Below are positions 1 through 13,088 of a stretch of DNA of 64,000 nucleotides, in pieces. The stretch spans positions 18,669,910 to 18,733,909 of the forward strand of contig NC_134031.1 of assembly GCF_964204645.1 (NCBI RefSeq), in the 5' to 3' direction. Position numbers and translations under genes: made by a program. The notes under the pieces are model-generated. The model had not been told where the DNA came from. It ran no database searches and worked only from the letters and a program-made list of their open reading frames with translations. Source of the DNA: Tubulanus polymorphus. Its lineage: Eukaryota; Animalia; Nemertea. How positions within the stretch are numbered: the first letter of the stretch is position 1; every line of letters starts with the position of its first letter.

Positions 1-815
1 TTCCGCGGTTTGTACTAGAAAATATTATTCTCGCAAGAAAAAAGATTTTTTCGCCAATTTGAAATCAGGGAATTCTCTTAAGACCAGCTATCTGCACTGT
101 TACAATACACACAAGTCGTATCTTTCTTACATACAAGTTCTGAATCCAGTTCCACAATTCCCTTGGTTGAAAATATGAGTTAAAACTGACTCGAAATGGT
201 CAAATTTAACTGGGTCCTTGTTCCACAGTGGGACAATCAAAACTATGGAACTAAGTCTTCAGTTACTGAGACCACACTTCCCACAGCTGGTGGTACATGT
301 ACTTGGTGATTTGATCCTTAAATCTATAGATCTGAAGTTCTTCGTGTTACCAGAAATCCGACTAATGTGACGTGTAACAACTCTCTTCAAATGCACATTT
401 CTAGAATTAACTCAATTCCCGATTAATTGAAACTGCTGATACCTCGATTACTGTAGATCTCAATTCCGTTGATTGTTCAATTGGTTTTAGGTTGATTTTC
501 TTCTGATTTTTCCTTCCTTTTCGCAATGATTTTCTTTGAAAGGATGATTTTTTTGGCTGAATTTTTCTTCCTGTTCTTTAGTTTACTTAAAGGTGGATTT
601 AAATCGTTTTTTTTAAATCTCTCTTCTTCATTTGAAAGTCAAACTCTGCTGTGACGTGTGAGAGGGAAGTTTTTCATTCTTCAAGTTTCAAAAGAAAGTC
701 TTCAGGCGTATGTTGTGTTCTAGAATGAAGCACGTATATCAGCTTTTTTTAAACATGAAGTGCCGGGTAGAAAAAACTAGCTTGTTATAGATTTAGTGAA
801 TCCATTCAAATCAAA

Positions 816-1170
816 CAGGCCTGTGCTGAGCTTTTTGAGGGGCAGTTCAAGAGAAAGGGCACCTCTACCATGAAGTGGGGCACTTTTCTATTGAAAAAGG
901 ACACATCTCAAATTTGATCATCTTACATCTGATTTTTTCGACAACCTAAACATAAAAAAGGTCTCATTAACTTGTCACGTCAATAATGGCCTATTGCTGA
1001 TTGATCGTCAGATTATTATCTCAACTGAATTGCATGAAAATTGTATCCAAATTTCGAAAAATATTTGCCTGAATTTTTTTGCTCTATGAATTTTTTCACT
1101 TTATGGAGGGCACTTGAAAATTGTAGGGGGTTCATTTGCTACCCCTGTATTCCCCCTTGGCACGGGCTTG
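816..1170. mobile_element. Non-autonomous DNA transposon (MITE), 355 bp, 5-bp target-site duplication
   Basis: Imperfect terminal inverted repeats caggcctgtgc / gcacgggcttg, flanked on both sides by tcaaa (811-815 and 1171-1175). Confidence 0.6.
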
Positions 1171-2249
1171 TCAAATAATAAGTATTAAGTACCTAGTCAC
1201 ACAGTTATAAGTTAAGATTTGGGTTTAGTTATATAGAAAATGAAATGGTTCAACTGTCGATCGAGTTTAAGTTCTACAATTTTTTGAATTCAAATTTGAC
1301 TGGAAAGTTACGACTAATTTATCAGTGAGAGTCAGATTCGTGCAAGGAACTGTGTGTAACTGGGTGTTTTATCATTTCAACGATTTCACTTAAAGATGAA
1401 CAAATCACAAATTTCTTCACGAGATATAAGATATAGATCCAATAAATTGATATCTGCCAAGAAAATATAACTACCGGTACTATACGTTTCTAGTGTATGG
1501 TATAGCAGACGGTGCAGTATTGATTTCTACTGGCAACAGGTGTCTCTGCTATAGTTCATCCGGCTGACAGGCCTGACACTGATGTGAACGGTCCTGATCG
1601 GTGATTCATCTCCATCCGTCGCCAATCTGTTCAGTTTTATGCGTGATTTAAAAATCGGGCGTCGTGACAAGCGTAATGACACGTCAACACTGCTAGCCTG
1701 TGTACATCGAGGCGGTCATGTGTGAATTTCGAAAGATCCTACAAAATGCGAAGATAGCTACCTCCTTAAATCTCCCATCAGATACTGTACATGTACAGTC
1801 CAACTTGCTTAAGTTGTCATAGTTGGGATGATTATTTTGATGATGAATAATTATCCAAATGATGACTTATACTTTGTACATCGAATTCGAAATACAAATT
1901 AAGACAAAGAAATAAAGATAACTTAAGTGATGCAATGACTTATTCAATGACAACTTAATCAAGTTTGTCCGTCTGTATAAGTCAACAACTTTAGTCCATT
2001 GCAGCAAAGATCTGTCTCTTTGACTTCATTGTAAAGAGAACGTTCCTTCCCTTGTCTATAGATTAGAATTATCAGATCTTTGCCTTGGATGGAGAAGTTT
2101 TGAACACCAATATCTGATCTGATAATTTGTTTTAAATTTATCAAATTTAGAATCACTCGGTGTTGGATTTTTTCTGATTAGCCATTTAAAGATGTTTGCA
2201 GAAGTTGAACAAATTATTTTGAAGGATTTTGTCAAATTGGTTGTTTCAG

Positions 2250-2309
2250 AAACAAGCTCAACAGAATCTATTAGTTCAACAGCAACAGAATGAAGCAGCA
2301 GCAAAGCAA

Positions 2310-2341
<32 letters not shown>

Positions 2342-5300
2342 AGTAGCTGATCCTCAGGATAATGTTCTCAAAGTTCCTCAGAATTTGGAGAAAAAGGTTT
2401 GTTCAAAGTGATGTGGTTCAGATTGAGTTAAATTGAAATTTAGCCAATCAGATTACAGAATGACATGATTCAGCCAATCAGATTTGAGGATGACATGATT
2501 CAGCCAATCAGATTCCAGAATGACATGGTTCAGCCAATCGGATTCCAGAATGACACAATTCAGACAATCAAATCCTAGAATAACATGATTTCAGCCAATC
2601 AGATTCACAATTTATCGGAAACTTTACATTTCACTTTCAGGATGAACATCAGCAGGATGGACCACAACAGCCTGATGCAAGTAAGTTAGACATTTTCTTA
2701 ATATAATTATCTAATATAAAAATTGTGGAAATATCTGTCTATCTGATAAACTGCCTCCTTTCGCCTAATGCCAGGATTTCTCTAAGAACGGAACATCTTA
2801 GAACTAGTCAAAATTGAACCCCATTAACACCATAGATATCTGATATATGGGTGGAATATTGGGGCTTGAATGCAGTGTTACTACGGTAGATCAGATTTTA
2901 ACTGATTAAGAAAACCTTTCTAAAAGATGAGCTATTCTAATGTATCGGAAACTTGACCTTTTGTAATCTTTGTTTCCATAACTGTTTTTGTTGCCTTTTT
3001 GTATAGATGACGAAAAACAACAAATGAAACCACCTCCTAAAGACAACCTGGTAAGACAACCACTTTTATACCATCAGAAATCTTAATTCCGCTGGAAAAT
3101 GGCTGCCTGCGTGAAACCATGTATGACATCACTGACCTTAGCTTTTTAGTTCATTTCTAATGAATGAAATCGTTTTGAACAACGATGATGTCATAGGGTG
3201 ATTTTTGTAGGCAGCCATGTTTCCCGAAAGTGTCTGAGAAGCTTATTTTCGAGTAGTTTATGGCTTGAAGAGGTATTTCCAGGTTTGCTTGATATGGATT
3301 ATTGTAGTATTTATGATAGCTACTGATGGCATGCTTGAATATAGCTAATACAGTCAAACTCATTAGTAAAGTCATTACTGAAATCATCTCTATTTTTGAG
3401 TTCCAATTTGTATTTCCAATTCAATTTACTCAGTTTTAGTCATCAATAAGAATGTTCACAAAACTTAAACAAGTTTGATTTTAATAAAGTGTGTACGTCG
3501 TCATTTGGATCATGGACGTCAATGTTTGGCAATTCATTGACGATTAATGATTTTCCCAACTATGATGACTTTTGATGAGTTTCACTGTTTTCAATTAAGT
3601 AATGAGACGAGTAGTACTGTATAGGTTAACTATTTATTTGACGCACGAGCTTTCGCTTATAGCTTTGCTTATTCTAATGAATAGAAGCTTCATCAGGTGA
3701 ATGAGTCACTCATTCACCTGATGAAGCTTCTATTCATTAGAAGCGAAAGCTCGTGCGTCTAAATAAATAGTTAACCTATACAGTACTACTCGTCTCGTTA
3801 CTTATTTTAAACCTGGTTAACACGACTACTGTAGGAATGTTTTCCATTTTGAATGCTTCACACACGTCGTAGTTCCTTCGCGGTGATATCGGTTGATAGG
3901 TGACTTTATTATCATGGTCAGCTGAGGAATCTTCATCTAAACAAGTTGTGCTTCGCGCTTCTTTGATGGTGCCAGAAAATTCCGCCTTATTCAAGAAAGA
4001 CGTTGGAAATTTTGCAGTATTCAAAGATCTTCTTTCTACTCAGGAATTCAGTTCGGCAGTAGTTGTGGTTGAAGTTTTTGATGGACCTCATTACCCAGTT
4101 CCACAGTTCTTGGTTAAGATTCAGAAATGAACTCATTTCAAATTTGACCAACAACTCTGTGGAACCTGGTACCATGGGTCTATGTAGCTATTCGGCGGAT
4201 TTTAAAATCTGGAATTTTAGAAGCATTTTTTGATTTTACTTCATCTGTGGCTGTAGAGGTTCTGATTTTAGCGTAGATCTTTTTTTCGGTCGAGGAGTTT
4301 TCGAGTCGCTTGGAAACAAAACGATTTCACGCATGTTGTCGGTGCTGGTGAGAGCCACGAGAAAAATCGCTTGAAAATAGAAACTGCTGCCCTTCTGATC
4401 GCGGAAACAACATCGTAAAAACACTTTATTGAAAATTCCGTGTTCGATTTGAAAAATTGTTGAATTATTTCTCTAACATTTTACAGGGGATAAAAAAGGA
4501 GGAGAAACCAAAAGCACTATGAAAAAACAGACATCTTGCACACTTACATTGAAAGAAAAAATATCAAAATATTGAATTTATAAGAAAATTATGAAGGCAA
4601 AATATGATCTTGTCGACGCATTAAAATGTGTTAGAACTATCTTTAAGTTGATGATCATTTATTATTAATTAAACATTTGAATCAGTGAATGTTAACCTCA
4701 TCAAAAGATTTTATTATGTTCCTATATTGTATTAGACCCTTTCATTATGTAGCTCATTCCTAGGTTATAGACTTCTCTAATAGGTTTAAGTTAGTCTATA
4801 CAAAACCTTTTTGGTTTTTAATAATTTTCTTTAGACGGTTAGAAAAGACACAATTTTAGATTAGTTCTGGGAAAATTTGATTTAGCGTAGATTTTTTAGA
4901 TTCGTTTAGAAACGCATTTATTTCATTTCTTTAGATTTCAATTTTGATGAAAAATAGAAATCATGATATACGTGAAAATTTCAAGAATAACTTCAAAATT
5001 TCATTTGAAATATTGTTTGAAATCAGATTTTAAAACGATCACATTGAAAACTAAATCGATGTATTTATTCGCTTCAATCAAATTATAACAAAAAAAACAT
5101 ACAAAAACGTTGTTTTCAATAGAGTGAAAAAAATTCCACAACACCAGCGGCAGCAGCAGCAGCAGCAGCAGCAACCGTACATGCAGCAGCAGCAGCAGTA
5201 GCTGCAGAGCCAGATAAAGAGACACAAAAAGCAGCTGAAGCGGATGCTGATGCGGCAGCACTAACTGAGTCGATGAAAAAGAAGGTGACCGAAGCTGCTG

Positions 5301-8300
5301 CGAATGCGGAGCCAGAAAATGAGGTACCAAATGTAGCTAAAGTGATTGCAGATGCTGCCAATGCTGCAGATGCTGAAGACGCACCGGCAGATGGTATAGT
5401 CTTCCATCATGGAGGCAATAAAGAAGGAAAAGTGTTTCTACCGATAGGGAAGGGTCAGGGGGGAGCAAAACGGCTCGCTGATTTATTGAAAAATATGCCA
5501 CGAGAAAATTAAGAGACAAAAAACTGTTTATAGCCGCAAAACAATGCAATACAGTCAACTTAACTCTGGAGATGGCAGTTTAATGACTACGATTCTAGGT
5601 CCACAGTTTTGTGGGTTTTATATGACTGTGGACCCAGTTCCACAATTGTGAGGGTTTGATTTGCCTCTGGATCCAGCTCCATAGTTGGGGAATTTGAAAT
5701 TTCATGCGACTCTTGGTCCGCTTTGGCTACGTGGACTGACATAGTTATTTCTGTTTAGAGTTCATTTGTTCGTACTGTATCGTAGAGCAGTGTGTTCGCT
5801 GAATATAAACGTTTAGCTTGAAAAATACCTGTTTATTTATGTTTGGAAAGGAAGAAAAGTGACTTGATTCTACAGCGGAACCTTGTTACAAACAGGCTTC
5901 GTTGAACAGGATTATTCAAACAAATTTTTCATTAATGTCAATATATCTGATAAACTGTTATCAAGGTTCCACTGTATATTATGGAGTTATATTGAAATTT
6001 TCTTTGTTGAATCAGGGAAGTGTAATGATACTTCCCTGGTTGAATATTATGTGGATTACAAACTGCTGAACATATTTTAATTACTATGCGCCTTTATTGA
6101 ACAAATTCAACTTTATAAACTTTAACATCTCATTCTTGTAGATTTCTCCTTCATGTTTGATCGATTAGAAATATTCAGAGGGCTTCCATTAGAGAGCTTT
6201 TATAGTTCCACTGTTTATAGTCCTCAATTCATTTTATCGCTTCTGCAGCTTGCTTTGAATGAGTCAGAGTTCATGGATCCAGATCCACAGTTGTGTGGGT
6301 TTAATTAGACTCTGGATCCAGTTCAACAGTTGGGAAAATTTGAAATTCGAGCACATATATTATGTATGTCTAGTTGAATGTATTTAAATGAATTCGTTGC
6401 TTTGAATTGTGGATCAGGACCCAGAATTTCACTATAACAGTAAACTGATCTGTTTCATGTAAATATAAGTGTCACATGTTGATGTATTTAGTCACATCTT
6501 ATTAAATGGAATTTGTATTTCATCACACGCTGTTGTCTGAAGGTTTAAAGCTTTCTGTTCTTTTATTAATCAGTTTTCAATAAACTATTGCATAATTTAT
6601 GAGTATTCTGATTCAATGTTGTTTGCTGTGTTTTTAGTTTTGTAGTTAGTTATCTCGTGCGTCTGTGTTTACGAGGTTTGGGCTCATTCGTCTGCCCTCT
6701 TCCTTATTGCATCGTGTCATTGGGAATGATTTTGTGATCTCTATGGAATGTTGTTTGTTTCTGTAGTTATAGAGGAACATGGTAGAACTAAAACTGACCT
6801 ACGCGATCATACAGTGGCTGATCCTGCCTACCTCTTGAACAGTCCCCTTATTTCGGATGAGTGGAAATTAAAATAGACATCCCCAAAAAAAGCATCTGGA
6901 GGTGGGTGGTGAAATTTCAAGATTTTTTGGGGGGGTATGGCCTCTGTGGCGCTGTGATAATGGTCTGAGCAGTACTGATCAGGAACTGAGGGTGTGGATC
7001 CACCCTGTAATGGGAATATGGACGTATTACATCTGTGATATGATCTGGGGGATCATATTCTACAATTGTAGATTATCTCTGTTCTTATGTCATGTTCAGA
7101 TGTCAACTATCAACTGCTTAACTCTGAGAATCAGTTGCTTAATAGCACGACTGACCGCACCTTTTGAACGACTTGCCTCAGGATAACAAAAAAAATATCT
7201 CAACAAGAATTTTGATAAAGCACCTCTGGTGGAATTGGTGTCAGGTATATACGTAATCAAAATCTCTATTCATTTCATCGAAAATTACAAGTGTAAAATA
7301 TATCTTCAGGTCGAACACAGAGGTCAAGGTCAACAGAATCCATTAGACTCTGTTCCGCAGCCGGCAGACGTGAAAGTTGCCGGCGATAGTCAAAACGCTA
7401 ACGACGACGAACTCAATCGAATGAAAGGAGCCGAAAATATCGTACACGGTGGCGCCCCCGCTGGCGATCAGGTGAACCAACTTCACAAACCCGAGTTACA
7501 CAACGTGAAACCGATAGAAACCGACGCCGGTAAAGATCAGGTGGACGAACCACCGGTTCAGAAACGTAACACGGTGGATGAGAAGGTACAATTCACGGGA
7601 AATAGATGCATTTTGAGGTTTTGTCGTAAACCGTGGTACATTACAGCGTAGCTTGATTACCTATTGTAGTGAACCATGGACTCGAGACAAACCATAAAAC
7701 TGCTATCTGAACTCTAACCATTATTCATTTCATCCTAAGTTGTAGTTGAATTTACATTTACATTTAATCTGAATCATTAATTATGTACAAATATTTGTCC
7801 AATGAACTACTTTATATACCCAAAAAAACCATGGAATCTCAACCATGAGTAGATTGAACCGAACTGAAATTGTAAGTTTTGAATTTTGAGTATAAGCTGT
7901 AACTTGTTAACTGTTTTTTTTTTTTCTAAACAGGTACAAGACGAAGAAGAGCCAGTAGAAAAACAACGTCAAGGTCAAGGTCAAAATGAAGGTCAGTGAA
8001 TGAATGTTTTTTATGCTTTCGATTTGATCCGAGTTGCGTTAGACGAGGCTAAGCGTTTACAGAGACCAGAACCTATTTTAGTTCTATAGCCACTATTACA
8101 ACTTGAGACCATTTTTAAGTTGCATTCAACTGTACTATTGGGTACCGGGTAGTTAATATATAAATGAGTTGAATTTGTATTGCTTACGTTCATTTATTAT
8201 CTATTATTTTTAGAGAGTTTAGAAGTGATGTAAGGGTTTGTTTTTTTAAATCTCGTATGAATTTAGTTCGCTAACATTTTAATCGCTTATTGTTGATAAA

Positions 8301-8952
8301 GTATTTCACCACAGTGCGCGATGAGTGACCTAATCAACAATGATCTTAATATAATCGAGTCTAATTAGAAATGTAACAGCTTAAACCTCAATAGCCGGTT
8401 CCACAGTTGTAGAATAATTGATAATGACTAATGTTGACTGAAGAGTGTTTTTATCAGCCACAGGGGCTTGTATTTGAAGTTTGGGGGTGAACTGTAGCTT
8501 AGATCATCCAGTATCCCTAGTACTTTCTTTTTATATGTATTACCAGGGATACTGGATGATCTAAGCTACAGTTCACCCCCAAACTTTAAATACGAGCCCC
8601 TGTGGTATGAGCTACAGCTATGGACCTGGTTTCATAGATCACCTTCAAATAACCTTTCGTTTCAATCATTTTCAAACCATGTTATTTCCATAGGAAAACT
8701 TGAAGGCTAAAATGGTAACATTTTAATAAAATCTAACTGGTTTTCTGGTGATTTTAGTTTAAAAAGTTTCTTTACTATCATTCCATTAGGGAAAATAATC
8801 GATATACCGTAATCTTTGCTAATACCTAAACAGCTTAGTGAATAGTGGCTTTAATTTCAGTCCATGAATTTGAATATTGAACTTGTGTAATACATTAATA
8901 TTTTGTCATTTTTATTTCTACAGAAGGGGAGGAAGATGATTACAATGCCTGA
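2250..8952 (+). CDS. 3' part of a multi-exon gene for a Gln-rich, acidic low-complexity protein; possibly a Golgi type II membrane protein (GOLM1/GOLM2/GOLIM4-like). 5' exons not identified in window
   Basis: Phase-consistent AG/GT exons 2250-2396, 2641-2680, 3007-3050, 7310-7585, 7934-7991, 8924-8952 read KQAQQNLLVQQQQ...DEHQQDGPQQ...VEHRGQGQQN...VQDEEEPVEKQ...EEGEEDDYNA*. The family guess rests only on composition and the acidic DYN tail. Confidence 0.65.
2441..2608. repeat. Intronic minisatellite, ~30-bp unit, ~5.5 copies
   Basis: Repeating ttcagccaatcagattccagaatgacatga; nearly every unit contains a CCAAT box. Confidence 0.85.
3596..3804. repeat. Long inverted repeat (head-to-head arms, centre 3707), probably a Penelope-like pLTR remnant
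   Basis: taagtaatgagacgagtagtactgtataggttaactattt...caggtgaatgagt / actcattcacctg...aaatagttaacctatacagtactactcgtctcgttactta; the left arm has a ~15-bp insertion. Confidence 0.85.
3715..3755 (+). ncRNA. Minimal type I hammerhead ribozyme motif
   Basis: cac-CTGATGA-a-gcttct(attcatt)agaagc-GAAA-gc-TC-gtg: conserved core, 6-bp stem II, palindromic AGCT in place of stem III, cac/gtg stem I. A mirror copy lies on the - strand in the left arm. Confidence 0.75.
4487..4522 (+). CDS. Candidate alternative terminal exon (GIKKEEKPKAL*) of the gene at 2250-8952
   Basis: ctaac branch-like motif, then ttttacag acceptor; phase 0 matches the donor at 3050. Confidence 0.35.
   Translation, partial: GIKKEEKPKAL
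5123..5512 (+). CDS. Candidate alternative terminal exon, Ala-rich (SEKNSTTPAAAA...KNMPREN*)
   Basis: Acceptor tgttttcaatag at 5122, phase 0, open for 129 codons and in frame with ORF 5273-5512; coding-like GCA/GAA composition in an AT-rich intron. Confidence 0.55.
   Translation, partial: SEKNSTTPAAAAAAAAATVHAAAAAVAAEPDKETQKAAEADADAAALTESMKKKVTEAAANAEPENEVPNVAKVIADAANAADAEDAPADGIVFHHGGNKEGKVFLPIGKGQGGAKRLADLLKNMPREN
8458..8605. mobile_element. Palindromic MITE-like element
   Basis: ~65-bp near-perfect inverted arms (ccacaggggcttgtatttg...tatccctagta / taccagggata...tacgagcccctgtgg) around an ~18-bp spacer. Confidence 0.7.
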
Positions 8953-9098
8953 ACGATTCCTGAACGAGTTTCAATCATTTCATCTCGAGAAGAAGTTCAA
9001 ACTTCATTTCAATTTCATTTCTACCGATCGAATCGACTTGTGAATTCAGACGCCGTGGTCGTCGTTCCTTTGCGCTTTCAAAAAACAATAAAATGAAT

Positions 9099-9447
9099 AG
9101 CCGCGAACACGCGAGCGTTTTTGACCTGGGTGAAATTTAGCCCCTGCCAGATTAGGCCCGGGCTAAGCGTTCACACTGGTGCCAAATGGGTCCATGCCTG
9201 TTTGACACAGCCCAAAAACATCGCACTAGGGCTGTACCAATTTTTATCATGGGTTGATTTATTTGGTGCGAGTGCTAACTGGTTCTGGTAGTGACTCACT
9301 TGCTACAGCATCGTTTTGATAGCATTTTAGTTAACGACGAGTCAGTGATTTATAGGTGAACGCGTTCTCTATTGAAGCACGGTCAAAATTTCACTCAGGT
9401 TTGATCTGGGGCGGTTTAACTCAGATCGTCTCCACGTGTTCGCGGCT
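9099..9447. mobile_element. MITE-like element downstream of the stop codon (putative 3' UTR)
   Basis: Terminal inverted repeats agccgcgaacacg / cgtgttcgcggct, plus subterminal inverted cctgggtgaaattt / aaatttcactcagg. Confidence 0.55.
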
Positions 9448-10124
9448 GATGTAAGTAGCCCTAAAAACAAAGTCGGGTGTAGGTTTTCTCGAAGCATTTT
9501 GATAATTGCGTTATGCAAATTTTCGTTCAACCGAGTTATGATTTATTTCCGTTTGTTTTTCTGCTAGAAATATGTCGGTAGTAGGTAATAAAGAGTCAGT
9601 GATGAAAGTACATTGTAATCATTCCATTGTATGAATCTGTGTATTGTGTACATTGCGCAATGTCGCATAGAATGTTTATTACGTGAACTAGAAAGTAGCA
9701 TCTTGAAAATTTTTTACTAAGGGTTTGGGTTCACACTTCAGACCTCCCTGACTTATTTTCAAAAACCAATAAGATTGTAGTAAATTTGGGAATCGGCCAG
9801 TCAGATTCGAGATTATTGAAATCGAGCTAATTAGAGCACAGCTGGTTGAAACTATGGTCTTTATCCGCCAGTTATCTTTTTAACAACTGCAGCCCCTGAA
9901 TTCTACTGACAAATTTTGTGAGAATGATTATCAAGATAATTATGTTGTTAATGTTTACAGTTTTTTTTTGTAATTGTATCTTAATTTATTTTAGAAAGAT
10001 AGGGATTGATAGTTATATGTTAATAATAATGTTTTAAGTTAGTGTTAATCGACATCAATAACTGTCTTTAATACCTGGTGGTATTTTATTCATGAAACTG
10101 TCACTATTAGATTGTATATTTGTG

Positions 10125-10227
10125 ACCCCAGTGAAGTTAATTACTTGTTCCTTATTCCTTATTCCGTTACTTATTGAGGAATATAAGGAATAAGGAATAA
10201 GGAACAAGTAATGAACTTCACTGGGGT
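10125..10227. mobile_element. Hairpin MITE with 9-bp target-site duplication (Mutator-like by TSD length)
   Basis: accccagtgaagtt...ttccttattcc / ggaataagg...aacttcactggggt, flanked by atatttgtg at 10116-10124 and 10228-10236. Confidence 0.75.
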
Positions 10228-10472
10228 ATATTTGTGTAGATTGCTGTTTGAGGATCTAGTTATTGTTTCTGAACACTTATGAAAAGCTCAGCTATAAGCT
10301 CACAAGTTCAACAGTTTGGATTTTAATGTTTGATTCTTGGCAGGTTGGAAATGAATACGACCCTACTCGAGCTCGGTCCTGGGGTACTGGGCAGCTGTTT
10401 CAAAGTCATACAGCTGTTGTACTGGTTCCTGCGTCAAATTAAACCTGCACATTTGTGGATTTGGTCCAGATC

Positions 10473-11766
10473 CAGATTCAAATTAAACCCACACAACTGT
10501 GGAACTAGTTTCAGAGTCAAATTAAACCCACACAACTGTGGAACTAGTTTCAGAGTCAAATTAAACCCACACAACTGTGGAACTAGTTTCAGAGTCTAAT
10601 TAAACCCACACAACTGTGGAACTAGTTTCAGAGTCAAATTAAACCCACACAACTGTGGAACTAGTTTCAGAGTCAAATTAAACCCACACAACTGTGGAAC
10701 TAGTTTCAGAGTCAAATTAAACCCACACAACTGTGGAACTAGTTTCAGAGTCAAATTAAACCCACAACTGTGGAACTAGTTTCAGAGTCAAATTAAACCC
10801 ACACAACTGTGGAAATAGTTTCAGAGTCAAATTAAACCCACACAACTGTGGAACTAGTTTCAGAGTCAAATTAAACCCACACAACTGTGGAACTAGTTTC
10901 AGAGTCAAATTAAACCCACACAACTGTGGAACTAGTTTCAGATTCAAATTAAACCCACAACTGTGGAACTAGTTTCAGAGTCAAATTAAACCAACACAAC
11001 TGTGGAACTAGTTTCAGATTCAAATTAAACCTACAACTGTGGAACTAGTTTCAGAGTCAAATTAAACCCACACAACTGTGGAACTAGTTTCAGATTCAAA
11101 TTAAACCCACACAACTGTGGAACTAGTTTCAGAGTCAAATTAAACCCACACAACTGTGGAACTAGTTTCAGAGTCAAATTAAACCCACACAACTGTGGAA
11201 CTAGTTTCAGAGTCAAATTAAACCCACACAACTGTGGAACTAGTTTCAGATTCAAATTAAACCCACAACTGTGGAACTAGTTTCAGAGTCAAATTTAAAC
11301 CCACAACTGTGGAACTAGTTTCAGAGTCAAATTAAACCCACACAACTGTGGAACTAGTTTCAGATTCAAATTAAACCCACACAACTGTGGAACTAGTTTC
11401 AGAGTCAAATTAAACCCACACAACTGTGGAACTAGTTTCAGAGTCAAATTAAACCCACACAACTGTGGAACTAGTTTCAGAGTCTAATTAAACCCACACA
11501 ACTGTGGAACTAGTTTCAGAGTCAAATTAAACCCACACAACTGTGGAACTAGTTTCAGATTCAAATTAAACCCACAACTGTGGAACTAGTTTCAGAGTCA
11601 AATTTAAACCCACAACTGTGGAACTAGTTTCAGAGTCAAATTAAACCCACACAACTGTGGAACTAGTTTCAGATTCAAATTAAACCCACAACTGTGGAAC
11701 TAGTTTCAGAGTCAAATTAAACCCACACAACTGTGGAACTAGTTTCAGAGTCAAATTTAAACCCAC
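10473..11766. repeat. Tandem satellite, 39-bp unit (37/38-bp variants), ~33 copies
   Basis: Unit cagagtcaaattaaacccacacaactgtggaactagttt repeated head-to-tail with no unique spacers. Confidence 0.97.
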
Positions 11767-13088
11767 TAAACTTTTGAACTTGATTCAGAATCAGTATTTG
11801 TCATTCATGATGAATGGTGTAGAATTCATTTGATTTTAGATATGCAGGGTAAATGATTGAAATCTTTGAGTAAATGTTAATTAATCAAAACAATTCATAA
11901 TCAAACAACTGTTATGCACAACTATGATAAATAATGCTAGATGATTGTATATATATATGTATGTATATCTATAGATCTAGTATGAAATGTTTGTATATAA
12001 TCTCTCTTCCCTCTTGTGTATCATGTACCTCGATTGGCAAAGCCTATTTTTGGATTTTGGATAACAACTGTGTAAATAGCAATCTTCGCTGTATAAAAAA
12101 ATAAAAACTTTCTTATCTAAATTTATTGTTTTCTTATTTTTCATTTCCGTGTTCATCCTCGCAACTTGGATGGCCGTGGATGAAACCGCCCCTGGAAGAT
12201 AACTAGAGATTATGACGGAGCAGTATTATGACCTTAGACCCCTTTAAAGACAAAGTACCAACTACTGAGGATTTTCCATGAGATATGTTAAGATGTCCCA
12301 GATCTTACATGTCTGTCACAATGAACTATGTTAAGATGTGCCGAGTCTCCCCCTTTGCCACTATGAGATATATTAAAATCTGTCGCCTACGCCATTATGG
12401 GATGTGCCAAGATTTCGACAATGTTCACTGAAAACCAATCAGTAATTCTGTAGTTCTAACGTTATCACAGTTTTGCTCTCTGTAGATTTGGTGGGATCCT
12501 TGACCATCGTTTTAGAGAGAAAAAAATAAATGATACAGAGTCAAGAGATGCTTGACAACCAAATAAACCATTGACGTGATAAATGACATCTACAAAAGTA
12601 AACACTAGACAACGATTTATATAATGTATTTTTCTATCAATTTATTATTAACAAAACTGCATAGATCAATACGAACGACGTTGAATTGAATAGAAAATTA
12701 ACAAAATCAAGCAACTTATTCATCATTGATTGTTCAGAATTCAGTCTGAAGTCTCCACTGGCACTGTATCGATAATAAGTACTGATTGCACAAGAAAGAG
12801 ATTCCTAGGGAATTGCGGAAACATTTCATTAGCACGAGAAGCAGAATGTAACTACTAATCATTGAATTACAGAGAACAGTAAAAAAAACTGCATCTAGAA
12901 ATTCTTATCGCTATTGTATGCATAGACGCAGTACTAGAAATACAACTTCCATAAATCTCTGATCAGTTCAAAATACTCGATCATTGCTCTTCGAACGGCT
13001 GAAGATTCTTTCACGAGTAAAAAGTTTTTCCACTATTTTGTCGAAGCGGTTAGAAAAATGATGCGTCGATGTTGAATCCATTTTATTC

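Noticed and set aside
476-632. Lys-rich open stretch on the - strand
   Set aside because: Only ~50 codons, no clear start or acceptor, explicable by T-rich composition.
5001-5361. Leu-rich and Ala-rich - strand ORFs
   Set aside because: Antisense shadows of the GCA-rich + strand exon 5123-5512.
10473-11766. CRISPR-like regular array, and ORFs with LKLVPQLCGFNLT repeats
   Set aside because: Units are contiguous with no unique spacers, there are no cas genes and the context is eukaryotic. The ORFs are by-products of a 39-bp (13-codon) unit, broken by 37/38-bp variants.
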